From assembly GCF_963921235.1 (NCBI RefSeq), contig NC_086097.1, forward strand, positions 62,064,001 to 62,128,000: DNA of 64,000 nucleotides, in the 5' to 3' direction. Below are positions 1 to 11,492 of this stretch, piece by piece (position 1 is the stretch's first letter; each line of letters opens with the position of its first letter). The notes below the pieces were generated by a model. That model was not told the origin of the DNA. It ran no database searches and saw nothing but the letters and a program-made list of their open reading frames with translations. The stretch comes from Mobula hypostoma (taxonomy: Eukaryota). The translations under genes and the position numbers were made by a program.

Positions 1-369
1 CGGAGCAGAATAGACCATCTGGCACATCAAGCTTGATGTCATGATTCAGTATGATCATGGCAGCTCATTCAGATTCAACACCCTGTTCCAACTTTCTCCA
101 ATATCCATTGATCACTCTAGTTCTCTTCTGAGATCCCTGGGGCCTCCAGCTTTTCCACTGGCAACGCCTCATAGGGGACAAGGATATTTGACGTTTTATG
201 TATTAGCCTTCATTAGTTTCCATTAAGACACCAAATGGAGACCGGAGAAGGAGCATCTTGCTTGGCCTGCATTTCCAAAAATAGTAAATTGGTGAATTGG
301 TTTATAATTGTCAAATATACTGAGGTAGAAAAACTTGCCTTGCATTCCATTCATATTGATCAATTAATT

Positions 370-1010
370 ATATCAATACATTTTCATGGAACTATGTACT
401 TGTACCCTTAGTTTCACTCTTCTACAATGCTCTCTAGAGACCTGCTATTTACTGTACAAGTCTAACCCAGATTTAAGTTATCAAAATGCAAAACTTTATA
501 GCCGTTCAATTTAAACTCCGTTTGCTATCCCTTGATCCACCTTCCCAGTTGATCTAGATCCCATTGTAAACTTGGATAACTTCCTTGGCTGTCCACTACA
601 CCACTAATGTTGGTGTCATCATCAAGCTTACTAATCATACCACTTACTTTTCCATCCAAATCACTTAATGCAGATGACAAACAAGAGGAATCATACTTCC
701 AATCCTCAAGCCAAACTGCAGGTCACAAGCCTCCAAACTGAAAAACCACCCTCCAAAACCACCATCTGACTCTAACTACCAAGCTGATTTTGTATCCAGT
801 TGGCTAGCTCACTCTGAATCTTATGTGATCTAACCTTCTAGTTCAGCTTACCAAGCAGGACACCATCAAAGGCCTTAGTAAAACCCATTTCCCATGCACA
901 AAGCCATGTTGTAAATTCCTAATCAGTCCAATTACAGGTAGATCCTGTCTTTCAGAATTCCTTCCAGTAACTTTCCTGCCACTGATGTTAGGTTCACTGG
1001 CCTAAAGTTC
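370..1010 (-). mobile_element. Degenerate CR1 LINE RT fragment
   Basis: Minus strand reads KLDDDTN (decayed KFADDTK) near 610-630; similar to the intact CR1 at 9332-11431. Confidence 0.7.
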
Positions 1011-1433
1011 CCCGTTAACAAATACTTTTTGTCAATTTCACACGTAGTCTGAATTTACATTCCTGATTTTGAAGTGACTGGGGACCTCTGGCCTGAAGCT
1101 GAAGGGATTTTACTTTGGTGTATTAACAAAGGCTTCAGGTTATCATCCACTTTCTGGTATTCTGGCATCTAAAAGTATACTTTCAAGATGGTCACCATCT
1201 AGGGACATAGAATCATTGTTGTCGTCATACAGCACAGAAATAGACCCTACAGCTATCATGTCTATATTGACTTTTTTGCCCAGTCATACTAACTCCTTTC
1301 GCTCTCATTATATCCATATCCTTCTATTCTTACCTATTCAACTCCCCTTAAATGTAGTAATTATATCTGATTTCACCACTCCCTTTGACAGCAAGATCCA
1401 GATATCAACCACTCACAGTATAAAAACTTTCCT

Positions 1434-3600
1434 TTCATTCATTCAGGTGCCTTGCCGCTCGGCATGGGTGATCATATCTCTCCATTCATCACGGTCCCTG
1501 ACCCTCCAAATTGTCGTTGTTGCCTCCCCTGTTTCTAACCATGATGTTATTCCATCTAACATTTTCATTCTCTTTCTGCCTCTGCTTCTCTTTCCTTCCA
1601 GCTTTCCAGTTGTAACTAAATGTTCTAATGTCTCTCATTGCATGATATACCCAAAGAGTTTTGATTGCTGTTTTCTGAGTTTTTTAAGTAATGTACATTT
1701 TGTTTTCGTTCTCTGTAGAACTTCTTTGTTGGTTATCCTGTCCTTATATGATATGCATAGCATTCTTCTGAGGAATCACATCTCTGCTGCATTGATTCTT
1801 TTTCCATTGCATTTGTGATGGTCCATGGCTCGCAGCCAGACATCAATATGGGAAGAATGCAGCAGCTGAGAGTTCTAAGGTGGATGTCAATTGCTATTTT
1901 CCTGTTCATTAAGATATTTCTCATTTCTGTAAATGCTGTTCTTGCCATTGCTATTCTTGCTTTTAAGTCTGTTTCGCATTTCCCATCAGGTGTTACCCAT
2001 GATCCAAGGTACTTGAAGTTGTGAACTTGTTTCAGGAGTTCATTTCCCAACACGATCTTACAGTTTGGGATATCAGGTTTCTTTGATATTACCATTACTT
2101 CAGTTTCCTTTTTGTTTAAGGTTAGGCCAAGTCTTTTGCTCTCTGTGTTGATGGTGGATACTAGTTTCTGTAAATTTGCTTCACTGTTTGCTATCAGTAC
2201 TGTATCATCTGCATAGAGGAGGTTGTTGATATTGAATCCTCCTATACTTATTCCAGGTAGGTCTTGTAGGGTTCTCATGATGTTTTCATTGTACAGGGAT
2301 AACAGGTCTGGTGATAGAACACAACCCTGTCTGACTCCTCGCTTTATTGGCTGATATTCACCAATCTCATTGTCTATCCATATGGCTGCACTTTGTTGCC
2401 AGTAGCAATTCCTGGTTATTCTTAGATCTTTTCCGTGGATATTAATATCTTTAAGCATTTTTATGATGACTTGGTGTTTCACTGTGTCAAAGGCTTTTGT
2501 GTAGTCAATGAAACAGAAGTATAGGTCTTTTTGTACTTCTATTGACCTTTTGATAATATTCCTGAGAATATAAGTGGCGTTTAGTGTTCCCTTGCCTTCG
2601 ACAAAGCCACAGAGTTCTTCTTGATCTCTGGTTTAATTTTGTTTCTTATTCTGAGCATGATGATTCTAAGTAGAATTTTTGTGAGATGGTTCATTAAACT
2701 AATTCTTCTGTGCTGTTCACACTCTGTTGCACCTGCAATGTTTCGGGCCTGAAACGTCGACTGTATCTCTTCCTATAGATGCTGCCTGGCCTGCTGCGTT
2801 CACCAGCAATTTTTATGTGTGTTGCTTGAAATTCCAGCATCTGCAGATTTCCTCATGTTTGCTCTGTTGCACCTGGTTTCTTTGGCAGTGTAATGAATAC
2901 TGCCTTTAAAAGACCTGCTGGTACTTTGCCACTGTTGTATATTCTATTCAATAAGATTGTTAATTTCTCTACACCAAAATCTTCTAGCGCTTCATACAGT
3001 TCAACTGGAATGTTATCTGGTCCTGATGACTTCCCCTTCGCATTTTCTTCATAGCATGTTCCATTTCTTCTTTCAGTATTGCTGGGCCCTCGTTGTTGTT
3101 GCCAATATCAAAGCTGTCCTCTCGGACTTTGTCGTCGTATAGGTCTTTAATGTATTCTGACCATCTTTGCATTATTTTTCCTTTTTCCATAATTGTAGAG
3201 CCGTCTTTTGCTTTTATACATTCTGTTGCTGCCCCACTTTTCTTCTGATGTGTGACCTCTTTGATCTCGTCGTGCATACGTTTGCTGTTGCTGCTTTTCT
3301 GCAATTGTTCTATTAACTCACATTTGTCCTTAAGCCACTTTTTTTTTGCTTCCTTGCATTTGCTTGTTATCTGTGCATGCAAAGATACATAGGCTTTTCA
3401 TTTTCCTTACATTTTTTTCTTTGTTTCATAAAATTCAGAATTTCTTCTGAGATCCATTTCTTTTTAGCTTTTTTCTGTTGTTTGGGAATCACCTCTTGTG
3501 CTGCTTGTGTTATGCTGTCTCTGAGGTTTCCCCATTGCTGTTCTATAATAGTGATGTTTTGTAGAGCCTCGAATTTGTTCTTCACTGTCACTTGGGATTC
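1434..3600 (-). mobile_element. RTE-clade LINE, 5'-truncated and frameshifted (RT)
   Basis: ORF fragments 3591-3367, 3382-2984 and 2482-1733 with GVRQGCVLSP, LLYADDTVLIA, FKYLGS; C-terminus ...WRDMITHAERQGT* (stop 1445-1443) followed by (TGAA)n tail. Confidence 0.92.
2736..2861 (+). mobile_element. Short PLE pLTR-derived insertion inside the RTE
   Basis: Exact 14-bp TSD CTCTGTTGCACCTG at 2722-2735 and 2862-2875; body nearly identical to 56518-56631. Confidence 0.85.
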
Positions 3601-4759
3601 ATTTTTCCTCTCAATACCCCATTAAAATCCCTCACCTTAAACCTATGCCTTTCTATTTTTGATACCCTTACTGTGGGACTGAAGATCCCAACTATCTGAC
3701 CATTGGTTCTTCTTATAATTTTATATAACCTTCTCAGGTCATTGGTCAGTCTCTTTCACCACAGCCAATTCAATCTCTTTCCAGAATGAATTATTCCAAT
3801 TCAGACAACATTCTTCCTATAAAACTGTACACAATATTCCAAGCTCAGTCTAACCAGTGTTTAATAAAGTAACATAAAGCGCAAAACAGCAAATAGATTC
3901 CATGAGCCTAGCTGAAAATTTGCAAAGGTAAAATTATCATTGTATTCCATAATCATGATGGTGTTATTTATGGATTAACTCAAGTGCTGAGGTGATATTC
4001 TGCTATCTGCTGTAGCCCCGTTGTGTTATGCCATCAATCCTAATGGTACAATAAGTTCTCTTTAAGAATCTAACTACACTTCAAAATTTGATAAAGGGAA
4101 AAGTCAAAGGGGTGAGGAGAGGTTGGATTCGACTCATTTTCTGCCCATCCACTAAGTTCCTCTCATCAGGCCTAAAGACACTCAGGTAAATCTGTCAAAA
4201 GGATAGTGCTTGGAATCTCTGTGACACTTACGGTCCAAGATCAGGTCGGCAACTTCCTTGGACCTGCCTCTGCTCTGCCATTATTTAACACAGCAAGGAG
4301 AACTAGAAACCTTATGTGCTTGGGGCTAAACTACACCAGCAGACCAAGATAATCTCTCACAGAACTTGTGGCTATTTTCAGGCACAGCACCTTCAGTAAA
4401 GGTCACAACAGCCCTAACAGCTATGAATGCAAATCATTCTGACATAACTCTCATGACGTTGTGCATCTTAATCAAACAAGGTGGCTAGATTTATAAAACC
4501 TGTGATTGTCTGGGAGAGTAAACACCTCCACTCATTCCACCACAAGCAATCAGCCATTAATGTATCTGCAAGACTTTGCAGCATGTCAGGATACTGAACG
4601 AGGAAAAGATAAACAAATTGCCTCCAGGTGCTCTTTGGTACTTCATTGCGCAATATAACACCCATATTAACCTGAAGGATTCTGTTCTTTGTGCATTCAG
4701 ATGAACTTAGAGCAGGGATAAGCATGTGAAATTATGACATGTAGCCAGTAGTAAGACTT

Positions 4760-5585
4760 GGTTTCAGGAGGGACGGGACTGGTAGCTCAATATTCCAGAG
4801 TACCACTGTTTTAGATATGGGGAGGGAGGGGGGGGAGTTAAATATCAGGGAAAGTGTCACGCAGAGCTCATAGATGACATACTGAAGAATTCATCTATTT
4901 CAATTTGAAGGAACTGAGGAATAAGAAACGGACCCTAGGAATACAGCTCCGTAATTCCATGAAAGTGTCATCACAGATAGTTATAGCTGTACAAAAAGAT
5001 CTTTTGGCCTTCATAAATCAGGGCACTAGTACAACAATTGGGATGTTGTGTCAAAGGTATACAAGAAATTTGTAAGACTGAATTTGGAGAGTTGTGCAGT
5101 TCTTGTCATCTACCTACAGAGAAGTTATTAAAAAACCTGAAAGAGTGCAGACAAAATTTATAAGGATATTGACAGGAGGAATTGAAGACCTCAGTTATAG
5201 AGAGAGGTTAATCGGTTAGGACTTCATTCCCTGGAATGCAGGAGAATGAGGGGAGAACTTATGAAGGTATATGACATTTTGAGGGGTGAATGTACATAGG
5301 CTTCTTCCCATCATGTTGAATGAGAACCAGTGGTCATGGGCGTAGGGTGAAAGTTGAAATATTTAAGGGGAAACAGTCAGATGGTGGTACGAGTGTGGAA
5401 GGAACTGCCAGCAAAATTAGTAGATGCAGGATCAAATGAAACACCCAAGAAGTCTGTATATGTACATAGATGAGAGGGGTATGGAGAGCAATAGTCTGCC
5501 TACAGACAGATGGAACTAAGCAGAAGACCAGGCCTGCATGGCCTGAGGAGCCATTTCTATGCTGTAATGCTGTACGATTCTATAT
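4760..5585 (+). mobile_element. Degenerate CR1 (APE fragment fused to RT C-terminus/3'UTR)
   Basis: DW.LNIP.Y.CFR-like APE segment at about 4775, then CR1 C-terminal and 3'UTR motifs. Confidence 0.7.
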
Positions 5586-5829
5586 CAGGTGTAGGTTTTG
5601 AAAGCTGCCAAGATGCCTAAACTAAAATTATATTAAAAATCCAACAGATACTTCTGTAAATGCTCTGTATGTTCTCTGAATGTCATTCGATCTCATGGAA
5701 TATCTGATCAATATACATGGAATACTTACATAATTTATCTGAGTACCATATTAGTACTAATTAAACATTATCTCAGGTATGTTGCTGGCTGTTGGGGTGT
5801 GCTGAAACCAATGTAACATGTTTTAAAGA

Positions 5830-6500
5830 TTAGCCATGGTTGGCTAATTGTACCTACAGAGGAAATGAACAGCTCAGCAATAAAGGCAGTATGTGGCCCA
5901 CATACCCAGAACTAATATGCACCAGGATTTTACCATGGCATGTTCTATGAGGAGAGGCTAAACAAACTTGGGTTGTTTTCTCAGCAGCAGTGGTGGCTGA
6001 GAGGAGATCTAATAAAAGCTTTTTAAGATTATGAAGACATCGGTTGAGCACACAATTGGTATGTTTCTCCCAATGTCAAAACATCTAATACTAGAGGGCA
6101 TGTATCTAAGGTTGAGAGGGAGCAAGTTTAAACATATATGGGCTAGATATTATATGCATTATGGAGGAGCTACATTGGCACCAGAATGTGTGGTGACCCT
6201 TACAGGCCGCTTCTGATACATTCTAGAGTATGTTAGCTGTTAATGCAAATGACACATTTCACAGCATATTTTGATGTACTTGTAATAAATAAATCCAAAT
6301 ATGAAGTCTAATTCCGAATACGAGTCATCAGTGCTTAGAATGCACTGGCAGAGATGGAAGTGGAGAGAAACAAGACTCTTGGATAGGCACTAATGTGCAT
6401 AGAATGGGGGGAATATGCACATTATGTAGGCAAAAAGGATTAGGTTAGTTAGGTATTTAACTTTTCGTTTAATTAGTTCAGCACAATATCACAAGCTGTA
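5830..6500 (+). mobile_element. Degenerate CR1 3' fragments with an intervening LINE-tail-like segment
   Basis: YEERL..LGLFS..RGDL-like decayed CR1 C-terminus. Confidence 0.55.
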
Positions 6501-6879
6501 CAAACTGTAAGAGCAGAGAGACAAAAGAGAGCCAAAACATATTTGCTTTTCCTCACTGACCATCTGTGGCTTTGATAATCCACAGGATTCTGAAATCCAC
6601 AAGATAGTGACAACATAAATTTAACTTATTCTTAAAGTTTTATGAAGTATTGAATGCCTGTTCTGTCACTGAAATTAAATCTATAAAATTCATAGTACAT
6701 CAGGGTGCGTTCTAGTTTACTCAGGCCAAATGGGACAGGAGGTAACTGGTGAGCAGGTCATTTATTAGGGTGGGAGCTTCTTCCCCCATTTGAGGAATTT
6801 ATATGTGTCCTAATGAATAGATTCAAGACTGTCAGTACTATTCCATATGGTCCTTCTTCCCTTTAACATACTGTATTAG

Positions 6880-7960
6880 ATGCGAAGGGATTTCCAGGAC
6901 CATTGGGAATGTTATAATTTGCCAAGAAAGCTTTCAGCATTTTCTTGAATCTTTTTGTCTATCTACCTGGTCATCTTTTATGGCTGTCTATTTTGGGAAT
7001 TTGGTGTTGGGCAAGTTGACTAAGTACAAATGAAGGCCTCAGTGTTGGAGATGATTACCATTGTTTGCTTGACTACTTCATGAAATAGCAGGACTTTGCA
7101 GACCATTTTCAGTTATTTTTCCACTGTTGAGGTGCTTCTTGTGCACATTTGGGTCCTGGGAGCATTGCAGAGAGTAGTGATCATCGCTGCCTGAGAGACT
7201 ATGGATTGCCAAAAGATTTGGTGGTGTATTGAAGATGATGGTGATTTTCTTCTCCTTGACGTCCACATTTTCTGAAAGACAGTGCTCATGATTTGAAAAA
7301 TGGTCCACATTTTAAAGTATTAGACCTAAAGACACAGGAAAGAATTAAGCCATTTGGTCCATTGTCTGCTCTGCCGTTCCATCATTTCTGATTTATTATG
7401 CCTCTCAAAGCCATTCTCTTGTCTTCTCCGCATAACCTTTGGCACCTTATTATCAACCTCCACTTTAAATATACTCAACAAATTGGTCTTCATGGCCATC
7501 TGGCAATAGATTCTCCAATTTAACACCCTCTGGCAAAAATAGTTCCTTTTCTTACTTGCAATGAATGTTCAGTGGTAGCAGGAGGTGTAATATATGAGGG
7601 GAATGTGATAGTAGACCTTGGTCTGGCAAATATTAAATGTATGTGATCTTCTTTATTGCTTAATTGAATGAGTCGATAATGACTTGGCATTCAGTCTTCA
7701 ATCAATGCAATTGCGAGCATTGTCTGCAACTGCAGCTGGATGTCAGAGGTGAGGAGCCCTTGGCTTTGGAATGTGGTCACTATACTTTGGAAAATTTACC
7801 ACTAGTTGAGAGTATCAGTTCATAAATCTAGTTGATTGAAGGGGAGATGCAGTATTGAAATAAAGGAATGGAAACTTCAACAGTGAAAGACACAACCTTG
7901 TTCAGCAAAGGTGTTTGCTGAGATTTTCACTGTTGTGGTCCAGTTGATTAGGATCATTCA
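6880..7960 (-). mobile_element. Old RTE-like LINE fragment, interrupted by a CR1 3' tail (about 7325-7555)
   Basis: Minus strand NVDHF..(YLGS)..D..EIHH.LQ-like RT C-terminal remnants; CR1 3'UTR motif at 7330-7530. Confidence 0.55.
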
Positions 7961-8160
7961 TTACATATCATGTTGAAACTAAATAAGGATAGAGATGAAC
8001 TTCTCGGCACTGATGCTGCTCTGATGCTACTTTCCTGAAGCTGTGCTGCCGTGAAGGTCATTTCCACTGTGCACCTGGGTGAATGGAATTCACAGAGTGA
8101 TTCAGGGAACCTCTCCAAGGCAATTGGAAGGAGAGGCATTAGGACCACTCTGTGGCACAC

Positions 8161-8321
8161 AGGAAGGCAACTCTACTGTGGTTACTGTCTCCTTTCCTGA
8201 ACAGGGTCATAATGTGGCATCTCCATGGTCTCCTGAAGACAGGAAGGCAATTCTACTGTGGTTACTGTCTCCTTTCCTGAACAGGGTCATAATGCAGCAT
8301 CTCCATGGTCTCCTGCAAGAC
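8161..8321. repeat. Tandem duplication, 2 x ~80 bp
   Basis: 8161-8240 vs 8241-8321 differ by 3 substitutions and 1 inserted base. Confidence 0.95.
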
Positions 8322-9231
8322 CATTCAGCAATGCAAGTATTGCATTGATTGTATTGTTCTTGTGTAGCCATACCTCACTGTAGCAGTTTGAGTTCTCATG
8401 ACAGCATCACCAGATAATCTTCTAGCTTCTGTTATTAGTAGCTGTGAAGAAGAGTTCCTCCAAGCTGCACATAGAGAAAAACCTGCAACAAAAAAGAAAA
8501 CTTGGAAAATGGAACAGTACAAAAGCCTTTCAGCCCTTGTTATGGAGAAAATTTAGATTTATCAGCACAACAATCATTCTACTCCTTCCCTCCTACAGAG
8601 CCCTTAATCCTCAGTTTTTCTTACATCCATGTGTCTATCTAAGAATCTCTTAAATATTCCTATTGTATCAGCCTGGCAGTGCATTCCAGGCACCACACTT
8701 TTAAAAAAAATCTTCCTCGGATACTTTCTTCCACTCACTATAAATGGATGTCCTCAGGTATTGGCCATTGCTGCCTGGGAGAAAAGGTACTGGCTGTCCA
8801 ATCTATCTATGCCTTCAATAACCTTGTACACCTCCTGGAAGTCACCTCTCATTCTCTGTCACTTCACTTTAGCTCACTCTACCTTTCTTCCAAATACATC
8901 TCCTCTTATCAAGGCAGCATCCTAAATCTTCTCTGAACCCTCTGAAGTTTTCACATCCTTCCTGTATTGAGGTGACCAGAACTGAAAACAATACAGCAAT
9001 TGTCATCTAACCAGAGTTTTATAGAGTTGCAACATTACATCATGGCTCTTGAACTCAGTCCCCCAAGTAATGGAGGCCAGCACACCATCTGCCTTCTTAA
9101 TCTTCCTATCAACATGAGCAGCATCTTTGAGGGATATATAAACTTGGACACCATTTCTCTGTCCCTCCACACTCCTAGAACTCCTGCCATTAACCTTGTT
9201 CTCAGCATTCAAGTTATGTCGTCCAAAGCGT

Positions 9232-11492
9232 ACATAGAAACATAGAAACATAGAAAATAGGTGCAGGAGTAGACCATTCAGCCCTTCGAGCCTGCACCGC
9301 CATTTATTATGATCATGGCTGATCATCCAACTCAGAACCCCGCCCCAGCCTTCCCTCCACACCCCCCGACCCCCGTAGCCACAAGGGCCATATCTAACTC
9401 CCTCTTAAATATAGCCAATGAACTGGCCTCAACTGTTTCCTGTGGCAGAGAATTCCACAGATTCACCACTCTCTGTGTGAAGAAGTTTTTCCTAATCTTG
9501 GTCCTAGAAGGCTTCCCCTCTATCCTCAAACCATGGCCCCTCGTTCTGGACTTCCCCAACATCGGGAACAATCTTCCTGCATCTAGCCTGTCCAAACCCT
9601 TTAGGATCTTATACGTTTCAATCAGATCGCCCCTCAATCTTCCAAATTCCAACGAGTACAAGCCCAGTTCATCCAGTCTTTCTTCATATGAAAGTCCTGC
9701 CATCCCAGAAATCAATCTGGTGAACCTTCTTTGTACTCCCTCTAAGGCAAGGATGTCTTTCCTCAGATTAGGGGACCAAAACTGCACACAATACTCCAGG
9801 TGTGGTCTCACCAAGGCCTTGTACAACTGCAGTAGTACCTCCCTGCTCCTGTACTCGAATCCTCTCGCTATAAATGCCAGCATACCATTCGCCTTTTTCA
9901 CCGCCTGCTGTACCTGTATGCCCACTTTCAATGACTGGTGTATAATGACACCCAGGTCTCGTTGCACCTCCCCTTTTCCTAATCGACCACCATTCAGATA
10001 ATAATCTGTTTTCCTATTTTTGCCACCAAAGTGGATAACTTCACATTTATCCACATTTAATAGCATCTGCCATGAATTTGCCCACTCACCCAACCTATCC
10101 AAGTCACCCTGCATCCTCTTAGCATCCTCCTCACAGCTAACACTGCCACCCAGCTTCGTGTCATCCGCAAACTTGGAGATGCTGCATTTAATTCCCTCAT
10201 CCAAGTCATTAATATATATTGTAAACAACTGGGGTCCCAGCACTGAGCCGTGCAGTACCCCACTAGTCACCGCCTGCCATTCTGTAAAGGTCCCGTTTAT
10301 TCTCACTCCTTGCTTCCTGTCTGCTAACCAATTCTCCACCCACACCAATACCTTACCCCCAATACTGTGTGCTTTAAGTTTGCACACTAATCTCCTGTGT
10401 GGGACCTTGTCAAAAGCCTTTTGAAAATCCAAATATACCACATCCACTGGTTCTCCCCTATCCACTCTACTAGTTACATCCTCAAAAAATTCTATGAGAT
10501 TCGTCAGACATGATTTTCCTTTCACAAATCCATGCTGACTTTGTCCGATCATTTCACCACTTTCCAAATGTGCTGTTATCACATCCTTGATAACTGACTC
10601 CAGCAGTTTCCCCACCACCGACGTTAGGCTAACCGGTCTATAATTCCCCGGTTTCTCTCTCCCTCCTTTTTTAAAAAGTGGAGTTACATTAGCCACCCTC
10701 CAATCCTCAGGAACTAGTCCAGAATCTAATGAGTTTTGAAAAATTATCATTAATGCATCCACTATTTCTTGGGCTACTTCCTTAAGCACTCTAGGATGAA
10801 GACCATCTGGCCCTGGGGATTTATCTGCCTTCAATCCCTTCAATTTACCTAACACCACTTCCCTACTAACATGTATTTCGCTCAGTTCCTCCATCTCACT
10901 GGACCCTCTGTCCCCTACTATTTCTGGAAGATTATTTATGTCCTCCTTAGTGAAGACAGAACCAAAGTAATTATTCAATTGGTCTGCCATGTCCTTGCTC
11001 CCCATAATCAATTCACCTGTTTCTGTCTGCAGGGGACCTACATTTGTCTTTACCAGTCTTTTCCTTTTTACATATCTATAAAAGCTTTTACAGTCCGTTT
11101 TTATGTTCCCTGCCAGTTTTCTCTCATAATCTTTTTTCCCCTTCCTAATTAAGCCCTTTGTCCTCCTCTGCTGAACTCTGAATTTCTCCCAGTCCTCAGG
11201 TGAGCCACTTTTTCTGGCAAATTTGTATGCTTCTTCTTTGGAATTGAAACTATCCCTAATTTCTCTTGTCAGCCACGGGTGCACTACCTTCCTTGATTTA
11301 TTCTTTTGCCAAACTGGGATGAACAATTGTTGTAGTTCATCCATGCAACCTTTAAATGCTTGCCATTGCATATCCACCGTCAATCCTTTAAGTGTCATTT
11401 GCCAGTCTATCTTAGCTAATTCACGTCTCATACCTTCAAAGTTACCCTTCTTTAAGTTCAGAACCTTTGTTTCTGAATTAACTATGTCACTC
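9232..11492 (-). mobile_element. Young 5'-truncated CR1 LINE
   Basis: Uninterrupted RT ORF, CR1 3'UTR and (TTTCTATG)n tail at 9232-9256. Confidence 0.95.
9332..11431 (-). CDS. CR1 ORF2 reverse transcriptase (699 aa, APE domain missing through 5' truncation)
   Basis: Motifs KSPGPDGLHP, NYRPVSLTS, QHGF, YLDFQKAFDKVPH, GVLHGSVLGP (PQG altered), KFADDTK; frame stays open up to about 11492. Confidence 0.93.
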   Translation of the reverse strand: MRRELAKIDWQMTLKGLTVDMQWQAFKGCMDELQQLFIPVWQKNKSRKVVHPWLTREIRDSFNSKEEAYKFARKSGSPEDWEKFRVQQRRTKGLIRKGKKDYERKLAGNIKTDCKSFYRYVKRKRLVKTNVGPLQTETGELIMGSKDMADQLNNYFGSVFTKEDINNLPEIVGDRGSSEMEELSEIHVSREVVLGKLKGLKADKSPGPDGLHPRVLKEVAQEIVDALMIIFQNSLDSGLVPEDWRVANVTPLFKKGGREKPGNYRPVSLTSVVGKLLESVIKDVITAHLESGEMIGQSQHGFVKGKSCLTNLIEFFEDVTSRVDRGEPVDVVYLDFQKAFDKVPHRRLVCKLKAHSIGGKVLVWVENWLADRKQGVRINGTFTEWQAVTSGVLHGSVLGPQLFTIYINDLDEGIKCSISKFADDTKLGGSVSCEEDAKRMQGDLDRLGEWANSWQMLLNVDKCEVIHFGGKNRKTDYYLNGGRLGKGEVQRDLGVIIHQSLKVGIQVQQAVKKANGMLAFIARGFEYRSREVLLQLYKALVRPHLEYCVQFWSPNLRKDILALEGVQRRFTRLISGMAGLSYEERLDELGLYSLEFGRLRGDLIETYKILKGLDRLDAGRLFPMLGKSRTRGHGLRIEGKPSRTKIRKNFFTQRVVNLWNSLPQETVEASSLAIFKRELDMALVATGVGGCGGKAGAGF

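Larger units (their letters stand above)
1205..3875 (-). mobile_element. Old CR1 3' end split by an RTE insertion (CR1 parts about 1205-1432 and 3600-3875)
   Basis: CR1 3'UTR/C-terminal motifs on both sides of the RTE, collinear with other CR1 tails in the window. Confidence 0.55.

Noticed and set aside
1216..1818. 200-aa hydrophobic ORF
   Set aside because: Spans antisense CR1 tail and RTE 3' end; low-complexity chance ORF
4232..4280. Minus-strand SKEVADLILDR before GTAAGT, reminiscent of alpha-tubulin
   Set aside because: Only about 10 residues, in-frame stop just upstream, no good acceptor and no other tubulin sequence
8161..8321. CRISPR-like array
   Set aside because: Two adjacent units with no spacers, in a eukaryotic context
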